Shown here piece after piece: positions 55,638 to 64,000 of a stretch of DNA of 64,000 bases. The DNA comes from Paraspadella gotoi. Taxonomy: Eukaryota > Animalia > Chaetognatha. Numbering within the stretch: position 1 is the stretch's first letter; each line of letters opens with the position of its first letter. The translations under genes were made by a program, and so were the position numbers. Under the pieces are notes generated by a model. That model saw only the letters and a list, made by a program, of their open reading frames with translations, ran no database searches and had not been told where the DNA came from. Location: positions 21,127,665 through 21,191,664 of the forward strand of contig CM119269.1 in NCBI GenBank assembly GCA_051294375.1, given 5' to 3'.

Positions 55638-56303
55638 AAAAAAAAGGAAAAAAGGGAAAAAAAGAAAAAAGGGAAAAAAAGAAAAAAAAGAAGAAAAAAA
55701 GAAAAATATTTAATATTTTTTTGGTAAGTATAATATACTATAAAGTTAGGATTTTTACCTTTCGAATCATCGTCGTAAACAGCGATTTTAAGACCGAACT
55801 TTGCTTCTCTTGGAAAACTTGTCCCAGGCTAAGAACATAATTTGATTTATAAAGAACAATAACAAAATTTTATACTGGTTGTAAAAATTTTATATGAGAA
55901 AAAATATTTGTTGCCCCGTTTACCTGAAGAATAGATCCAGGAATATAAAATTGAAAAGGATTGGTTAAGTTGGACTCCTTGTTGAGAATGTCGCCAACTT
56001 TCCATGAAATATCGTTATCACCCTAAAAAGTAAAATGCGTATCAAGATGAAGAGAATTTATGCAATAGCTTTTCAAGCTATGCATACATACATATAGATT
56101 CAAACCTGCACAATAGTTTGATAAAAGCCATAAGAGCAATTTTGCGGATTAAGAAAAGGTTTATTGACGGCGCAGAAAATGAAATACGTCTCGCAAGGGT
56201 CTTGGCGATCGTCGTTGTCGCATAGGATGCTCGTCGCCGTCTGTCGGTATGGGTTGATGAAGCGTGACAGCAGCACCTCCAGGACCGCGTCAGATGTGAC
56301 CTC
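44857..56303 (-). CDS. Delta/Serrate-like Notch-ligand family protein (MNNL/C2, DSL, 7 EGF repeats); first exon and terminal exon uncertain
   Basis: Phase-matched exons 56303-56106, 56022-55924, 55828-55759, 55444-55293 (MNNL: [24 protein letters not shown]), 55220-55088 (DSL: [19 protein letters not shown]...G...CKPGWG...C), EGF exons 54431-54291, 54191-54096, 53601-53494, 53390-53376, 53070-52968, 51219-51156, 49513-49397, 45606-45534, 45473-45360, then 45298-45110 and a possible last exon 44948-44857. Confidence 0.85.
45711..47423. mobile_element. Non-autonomous hAT-like DNA transposon with ~530-bp terminal inverted arms
   Basis: Termini TAGAG...CTCTA; 8-bp TSD TTGTCGGT (45703-45710 and 47424-47431); arms ~45711-46245 and ~46895-47423; centre with degenerate TTAGGG-like repeats; no transposase. 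Confidence 0.8.
47845..48412. mobile_element. DINE-1/Helentron-like non-autonomous repeat
   Basis: CTCTATAATTCACTTTGTCGGTCCGTCGG end plus (CCGT/CTGT)n tract; homologous pieces at ~8720-9150, ~37765-37975, ~62405-62830; shorter relatives at ~1000-1125, ~30175-30315, ~53805-53885. Confidence 0.55.
50283..51090 (+). CDS. Secreted double WAP (four-disulfide core) domain protein, nested antisense in an intron of the Delta-like gene
   Basis: Exons 50283-50438, 50748-50916, 51014-51090, phase matched; signal peptide [15 protein letters not shown]; two CP-x-C-x-C-xxD-xC-x-CC-x-C-x-C arrays. Confidence 0.85.
50500..50726 (+). mobile_element. SINE family B copy inside WAP gene intron
   Basis: GGGTTCAATCCC B box and body shared with 6410-6605. 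Confidence 0.65.
51655..52020. repeat. Inverted repeat, ~180-bp arms
   Basis: TTTATCAGTTGATTGAATGATTGATTGATAGATTC... mirrored at 51960-52010; right arm resembles ~8525-8660. Confidence 0.8.
52205..52490. repeat. 22-bp minisatellite (GATGCGATGATAGTCATTCATT)
   Basis: Tandem units; degenerate relative at ~8220-8505. Confidence 0.88.
55514..55705. repeat. (GAAA)n microsatellite
   Basis: Direct sequence. Confidence 0.95.
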
Positions 56304-58606
56304 CTGTCATAATATTAACGTAGACTATTGTAGGATGTCAATGTCATTCTTTAACTGTTAGATTTAGTATATGATTAAGGGCTAACAACTATTGACAAAA
56401 ATCGATACCATTCTGCTTTAAGCACATGTTGAAGGACAGTAGTTAAAAACTCTTTATAAGAAAACATTTTGAATCACTAAGCAGTTTTAGATAACCGATA
56501 AATAAATAATATCCATATTACACTGACGAATAAAAATTTGGAAAAAAAACAACAGTAAAACATACATTCTTTTTTATATGTTTTATATGTCTTTTTTTCC
56601 TATCCCTCTCATCAGGATGATGTATCAGTGAGGAATCCTGGCCTGGGAGCTTTTTCGGAGTGCTGGTATTGATTCTTCCTCGGTCGGCTCAAAAGGGGTG
56701 AAAGGATGAGATACCCCAGAAACGGGAGAGGCTGCATCCCCAGCAGCAACAGCAGCAGCAGAGGCTGTAAAATTTTGTCCTAATCAAGAACGCGCATCTT
56801 GCGGAGGGAGAAGAGCGAAAGGAGAGGCAGCAGTGGGAGTGCGTTGCAGATAGGGGGAAGGAGGATTTTTTTCAATGCCAGTTGAGACGCCCGGCCCGAA
56901 ATTCATCCAAAATAAGGACTTATTTGAACTCAACTTTACTAAAACAACCGCAAAATTTTAAATAAAATTTTCGTAACTATTAAAATTACTTTAGGCTATT
57001 ACCTTTGTTTTCATTTATACTAATCAATTAATCATGCTTTTATTACCAAAGGTTAAGCTCAAAGAATGCAATAAAATAAATAAATTATTTATTTAAAATA
57101 TTAATGGATGCAGAAAGGGGGGATTGATAGATGGAAAGAGAAGAGTCGAAAGACTGGCCTCCATCCTATCAAAAAGCTCCCGAGTGGTGCGGTGGCCGAG
57201 GGCTGCAGCGAAAGAGGAGGAGGGGGGATAGAGGAAGAGCGCGGCCAGCGAAAGAGAAAACCTCTCGCTTTGCAGCCACCATCTGCCTCCACACACCGCC
57301 GCCTCCATGCCAGCCGTTGCCCCGTTAATGACGTCACCCCACTTTATCCCGATGTGCGCCTCGCTCGGTCCACGGAAGCGGCACATAACGAGAGACCCGA
57401 GACCCCCCTCCCGCAAGGGTGATCCGAGTTATCTGAACGCTGAATATACCCCCCCTCCTAAGTACAAATGAAGTTATTATGATCGTGTCGTGTGAGGAAC
57501 AATAGTGAGAAACAAGTTATGCATGGATCTTTTTTCTTGTTTTCACTTTATTGTTTTTATGACATTCGCAAAAACCTTTGCAAGACATTAATAAATATAC
57601 GCCACTCAAGCTTAATGAAATATATTTTTGGTAATACACAAAAGCCTATTTTTTAAATTAAAGCTTTATATATCGTTTGAAGTGTTTTAATATTTGCTCA
57701 ATCTTTATAGTCATGTGAAAAAAAAGCGACACTTTATATTATCTTCCCGAATATTAAATTTTTTTAAAAAAATTCAAAAATAAATTAATTTTTTTTAAAA
57801 ATGAAGAGTTTGGTATAAATTTTATAAAAATCAAGCGATCTGTATGGGAGCAATAATTTTTTTTTAAATAAAGTACTCTACAGCAAAGTAAAACTTAAAA
57901 AAAAAATCATTTCTTAAACTACTTAACCGATTATGATAAAATTTATAAACATTGATTCATTTCTTAAAAAACTTAATTTTTAAAAAAAATTATGGAATGT
58001 CCGGTATTTGAAGTTATAAAGTAGCGCATTTTTTTTTCTATATCGAAGAATGAAACTTCTGTATATAAATGCTTAAACAAGGTCGGTTTTTGTTAATCAA
58101 CAATTTCTACGATCCCCATTTTCGTCAATTCAATTTCAAGTTTAACTCCACTTTCCATACAAGGCCCACTAGGCTTGCGTTCCCCAACTATTATTCACCT
58201 TTTAGAGAGAAATATCAGAAAATGACTATTTTGAATTCGGGTCGAGTAAAGAATAAATTGGATTGTAAAGTTTAGTTTAGGGGACTAAACCCTCTGCTTT
58301 GCCTGACAGATGCCCAAGAGCCTATTTTCCCTAAAACCATCTGTCTCCCTTTTATAGAGCTCAACACGCGCTTCCACCTTTTGCCTTTTAAATTCACCAC
58401 CACCGAAATCCGCGGCCGAATCCATTTTGAGCCACACGCACGCACGCCACACGTTCTCCTCTCCTCCACCTCCTTTTTTTGCCATCTTTCTGCTCAGCTC
58501 TAACTCGCTCCCTTTCTCTCATATCGTTATCCTCCAACTCCACACCCGCTCTACCACATCCTCCTCCTCATCTTCGTGCTACTGATTTCGCCGAGCAACC
58601 TCTCCC

Positions 58607-58655
<49 letters not shown>

Positions 58656-60296
58656 GGGGCTCAGTCTTTCTGTTTCCCCTCCTCCTCCCCCGAGTCTTTA
58701 CCAATCTTGGAGAAAAATGAAGAATTGAGATTTTTATGGATAATGGGACTTTCCTCACTTATTTCTTTCAAGCGTCGCGAAAGAACTTATAAATCGACTA
58801 GAAAGAGGCGACAAAAGAAATTCGAGGAGAAAAGCAGGAAATGGTCGTAACGACGTAAGGTACATGAATAATTTTTTTAGTATTTTAATTTTTATGCATA
58901 CATGTGGTCAAACTATTCGAAGTGCTTACTTCCTAGAAGAAACCCCAGAAGTGAATTCTAATCAGTAGTACTGCACCGATGATTATTCAGGATTCATTAC
59001 GTCATGCAGGGAATGACGTAGATGGAACCAAAAGTTTTTGTTCCACTATAACGTTTTTCCGACTCGAGTATTTGAAAAAGGTTTCTCGCTTTCATCCTTT
59101 TGTTTGCAGAGGTTTGGCGTCGACGATCGGGAACCTCTATCTTGTTAGCTTGAGCCGACTTCGACTCAAACACGATTTAATTTTACCTACTTTTTTGACT
59201 AAATAATTTTAACAATTCTATCAAACAGTTATTGCTTCTTATCTTATAAAACATTTTATACTGATGAGAACTAAAGCTGAACGAAAAAGCCAAAAATAAT
59301 AACTGCAAATTAATCATCACGATATATAATCGCAATAAGTTAATATCTTTTTGAACTTTTAAAAATAGAAAAGGGAAATTGTAATGAAGCGGGTTCACAG
59401 ACGCAAAAACTTGGTCCCTGAAGTCGTGTCCCAGGCGCTCATTTAGTAAAGCAAGTTACCGGGTTCATTCCATCCCAGTACCTAAAGTACAGACAACGTG
59501 AGGAAGGCCCTAAACCGCCTACAGTCCAGGACATATTCCATAGCAGCTAGAAGATGTAGAAGTTACGGATTCTAATCGTCAGCTTACTTAAAGCGCCTTT
59601 TCTCTAAACAAGAAATGGCAAGTTCAAGGCGTTGCGCCGCTTTGCCTATTTCGTGGATGCATTTCCCGATGATCACGTGACTACACAAGTGTGAAATATA
59701 TGCTCATTACTTCTCTGTTAGGTTTTAAGCAAAACAATCAAATATGCGCGGATGAAGACTCGTAAAAATAGTAGAAGAAACATGTCCATTGTCCGATTAC
59801 ATAAAAAAAAAAGTTGTAACAAAAAAAAAATATTTTTCTCTAAATCATAAAATACAGGAGTCATAGAATAGATTTGGGGAGCACGAGATTGGTGAGAGGT
59901 AAGAGTTAGCGATTCGGGAAAGAGTAACGGTTGTTAATAATTTATAACCATTTTAATTTTATTATAATAGAAAATTCAAAAAGGCTGAAATGGAAATTTA
60001 ACGGAAAAATATTGAAAAATATAGTTTTCAGTGATATTTTTTTCTTTTTAAATACAAATAATCAAATACAAATAAATACAAATTAATAAATACAAATAAA
60101 TTAAATACAACTAAACGACTTTCAATTACACGGAGTGAAATGAAAAGAGTTGTTAAAACTCTTAACTGACTGACTGTGATTAATACTTGAACTCATTGTG
60201 AAAAAAATTTAGACAAATATTTTAATTTCTTTTACATTCATTAGTTAGTATGTCTTCGGAGCATGCAAAAAAAAATCTTATTAATATATTTCAAGG

Positions 60297-60518
60297 TATG
60301 GTGGACTAAAATCCACCAACCGTTCATCAGCGGCCATTGGTGCCGGAGGCAAGTCATTCGCCTCCCAATCCAAAGGTCTGGGGTTTTAGCCCGGTGGCCG
60401 CCTCGCAGTTAAGAGGGACGGGGCGCGTAACACGCCTGTAACACGGTGTTACAGCCTGATCCGAAGCTCAGGGACTGCTGATATTGAACGGTTCTGTCAC
60501 TAATTACTGTCTCTTCAA
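60297..60518 (+). mobile_element. SINE family A copy
   Basis: High identity to 19622-19852; intact acceptor-like stem GCGGCCA/TGGCCGC. Confidence 0.75.
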
Positions 60519-60665
60519 AGGTTTAGTTAGGCAACAGGCTCTTGGCAGATCAGTGTTCTTTTTCAATTTTTTTTTAAAGCTGAAATTTTTATTTTCTAAA
60601 AAAATTAACTAGAACAAAGTTTTTGAAAAAGAATTGTAACAACGATTTTATTTCATAGGGAAACG

Positions 60666-60699
60666 GACATGTTTCGGCTCACATACGAGCCTTCTTCAG
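60666..60699 (-). ncRNA. Minimal hammerhead ribozyme motif (PLE type)
   Basis: Minus strand gcg-CTGAAGA-A-GGCTC(gtatgt)GAGCC-GAAACATGTC-cgt; short stem I gcg/cgt. Confidence 0.75.
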
Positions 60700-61214
60700 C
60701 GCCAATTCAATTTGTTTTTCTATAAATTTTAACTAGAAAAACTATAAAATAAAAAAGGCTGTCATTGTGGTTGTGAAAAAGCTTTTGACATTCAGATTGC
60801 TCAGACATATACTCCAATGTCTATATCTGTAGGATGAACCAAAATTTTCAAACATTTCATTTTTTTTTCATAACAAGTTTGAGCAAACAACGTCGGATCT
60901 GCCTATGATAACTAAGCGGTAATAAGCTAATCCGATGATAAGTCATAGTAATTTTTTCTGACTCTCAATTTATGATCATAACAAATCAAAACAGACTTTT
61001 TAATAAATCTATGAAAAAATCTATAAATCAATTGCTCTATCAATCAGTAGCTGTGCCAATACCAACTTGTATATTTTGGTTAACTTTCATAATTTAATCA
61101 ACTTGTAAAATTAAATCAACTTCCATAATTTGGTTAACTGACATAATTTGGTCATCTTGCATAATTTGGTCAAAAGGCATAATTTGGTCAATTGGCATAA
61201 TATAATTTCATAAT

Positions 61215-62186
61215 TTCATAAAAATCAGCTCCTTGTATTTTGATGCTAGTGCGGAGTACAATAAGTATTCCCCGATCTAAATACTTAAGGGAGTGGTCTT
61301 TTCATACAATTGAAACATTCTTTGAAATATTTTCCACTTCATTGATAGGGAAGCCAGGTACTCTGGGAGTGAATAAACAGGACTGTGAGAGAGTCTTGAT
61401 TGAAAGCTTGCAGGGACCTGCTATGTCATTATCTTGTAAGAGTGATGGAGGCCTTAAACCACCAAAGCCTGTCCAAAGTCAGGGGCAAGATAGCTTATTT
61501 ATTAAATGAATGGATAATTTTTATATTGGTTGTACCAATTTCATAAAATTCAGCTCCTTGTATTTTGATGCTAGTGCGGAGTACAATAAGTATTCCCCGA
61601 TCTAATACTTAAGGGATGGTCTTTTCATACAATGAATCATTCTTTGAAATATTTTCCACTTCATTGATAGGGAAGCCAGGTACTCTGGGAGTGAATAAAC
61701 AGGACTGTGAGAGAGTCTTGATTGAAAGCTTGCAGGGACCTGCTATGTCATTATCTTGTAAGAGTGATGGAGGCCTTAAACCACCAAAGCCTGTCCAAAG
61801 TCAGGGGCAAGATACTTATTTATTAAATGAATGGATAATTTTTATATTGGTTGTACCAATTTCATAAAATTCAGCTCCTTGTATTTTGATGCTAGTGCGG
61901 AGTACAATAAGTATTCCCGATCTAATACTTAAGGGAGTGGTCTTTTCATACAATTGAAACATTCTTTGAAATATTTTCCACTTCATTGATAGGGAAGCCA
62001 GGTACTCTGGGAGTGAATAAACAGGACTGTGAGAGAGTCTTGATTGAAAGCTTGCAGGGACCTGCTTTGTCATTATCTTGTAAGGTGATGGAGGCCTTAA
62101 ACCACCAAAGCCTGTCCAAAGTCAGGGGCAAGATAGCTTATTTATTAAATGAATGGATAATTTTTATATTGGTTGTACCAATTCAT
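61215..62186 (+). repeat. Tandem array of three ~322-bp units
   Basis: Three near-identical units each ending TATATTGGTTGTACCAATTTCATA; dispersed partial copies at ~662-862 (-) and ~43880-44140 (-). Confidence 0.92.
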
Positions 62187-64000
62187 TAATCAACTGGTAT
62201 ATTTTTTTCAACTTGCAAAATGTGGTCAACTGGCATAATTTAATCAACTGGCATAATTTAGTAAATTTTCATAATTTAATCAACTTCCATTATTTGGTCA
62301 ACTGCATAATTTGGTAAACTGGCATAATTTGGTTGGTCAATCAATCAATCAATCAATCAGAGAGAGATAGAAAGAAACTTGAAATAAATGTATCTTTTGA
62401 TTTTCTCTTTTCCACTCCTACAATTCCATAAAAAAATTATATCCAGCTTAATCACATACTTTCCTAGCCACACACAAAATTTCATTTCAATTTATCTATC
62501 CAATTTTTAATAAATATTATAATTATGAATAAATATAAGTAAAAATACTTCAAGTAAATAAGACTTTTGTTTTTTCCATTTAAGCTCGCACGTTTCCATC
62601 GAAACTTTATATCCTACGCACTTTCCTTCCGACACCAAATTTCATTGCACTCCATCCATCCAATCACGAGTAATTTGAGTTTAATGCTAAGGGGCGACGA
62701 ACGGACTTTTCTTTTAACAAAATTTATCATAATTCAATGTTCTGAGGTGATGAAAATGATTTACCGACAAGATTTCGGGGTGGGCCCGACGGACCGACAA
62801 AGTGAATTATAGAGTCGGAAACTGCTGATAAAAATAAATCTTATAATAGGATGATAATTCAAATTGTTGATAATTGATGATAATTCTTATAATTCAATTG
62901 CCTAAAAAAATTTTTTTTTTGAAATTCGACCAAGCCATTGATGAGCACATAACTAAGAAAATAAGAAAGAAAATAAGCAAGCTGGACTACAAGGAGTTGG
63001 AAAATAAAAAAACGTCAGCGATTTTTTTACTAGGGTACAAAATCTGAAGTTGCTTTAACAAATAATTTAGTCACAGTATTTGAAATATTTGAAATATTTG
63101 AAATACTCCAAAAATTAGCTGATCTTACCTTAAGTAGCAACGACCAAGCTATAAAGATGAAATATTGTGGCAAGTACTTCCGAGTTGAAATAAACATTAT
63201 TAAAATATTTATATATTGTTACATTAAGAATTCAAATTTTGATTGTATTTTTATTTTTGGTTTCGCGTCAAGGAACGGCTCAAAACTGAATACCTCTTAT
63301 TTGCGCAAAGAAAGTAAAATAAGAAAAACACGGCAAGGGAACCTCACCGAGGAAAAGAGGAAGGTGAGGAAAATAGTTCTGGGATGGGAGGGATACGCTG
63401 GGGAGCGGTCGGTTGCCGGTGAATATAAGGGAAGAGGAAAGAAACTGCTCTGCTTTTTTCGTCAAATCGAATATGAAATCGATTATAAAATGAAACTAAT
63501 TACCTAGCTTAATCAAAAAGAATAAATATTTTTCAAAATATCTATAGTCTAGATTCCTTTAATTCTTGTATTTTTTTTTTTAGATTAAAACTATTCTTTA
63601 TCTTATATCTTATATCGCAACTAGCCATGACCCAAAAAGCAATTTCGCATTTTTTTCGTGCATAAAAGGATTTAAATAGAATTAATGAATTATGTTTACG
63701 ATAGAGACTATCGTAACTATCATTAACGATTAAAAAAAAAAACAATATTCCAAGTACAACTAAAATTAAAAGTTTAAGAGACGAAAGTGTTAAAGGACAA
63801 AGACCTAAAAATTAATTGTGATATTTTTACCAACAATGCTTTCGAAATCATAAGCCCATAAAAATACTACGTAATAATATGCCATTTTTTATTAAAAAAA
63901 GTTTTTAATTAATATTTTTAGTCGTTTAAATTCAAGGTTTGCAACAGAGTATAAGACCGAGTATAAGAAAACAAAATATTTAAACTCTCAAATTATGTTT

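Noticed and set aside
55511-55840. Lys/Glu/Arg-rich 109-aa ORF
   Set aside because: Translation of a (GAAA)n microsatellite.
57093-57440. GC-rich island with overlapping ORFs
   Set aside because: No domain, splice logic or RNA family recognised; probably a repeat fragment, as are ~26313-26920 and ~58270-58720.
60329-60402. tRNA-Gly gene
   Set aside because: Anticodon and D stems do not pair properly and the sequence is the head of a multi-copy SINE.
61240-62189. Repeated ORFs (SLIGKPGTLGVNKQD) as a gene family
   Set aside because: Frames differ between units through indels; no splice structure or domain.

Overview
AT-rich, intron-containing animal (invertebrate-like) genomic DNA; not prokaryotic, no CRISPR. 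Manual exon chaining using splice sites and phase gives: the 5' part of a Cav2-type voltage-gated calcium channel (- strand, runs off the window start); a complete 12-exon ionotropic glutamate receptor-like gene whose usual amino-terminal domain is replaced by a signal peptide, a Thr/Pro stalk and four EGF repeats (top finding); an Mpv17/PMP22 gene; a candidate prepropeptide gene; a divergent ARL13-like GTPase; an SLC16 and an SLC35G-like transporter; a two-Ig GPI-type surface module; a Delta-like MNNL-DSL-EGF gene with no recognisable transmembrane or intracellular tail, which may splice into those Ig exons; and a double-WAP gene nested antisense in one of its introns. The non-coding DNA holds Penelope-type minimal hammerhead ribozyme motifs, often in palindromes, tRNA-derived SINEs, two long foldback elements (one hAT-like with an 8-bp TSD), DINE-1/Helentron-like repeats and a ~322-bp tandem array. 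All gene models are read by eye; no database search or transcript evidence was available.
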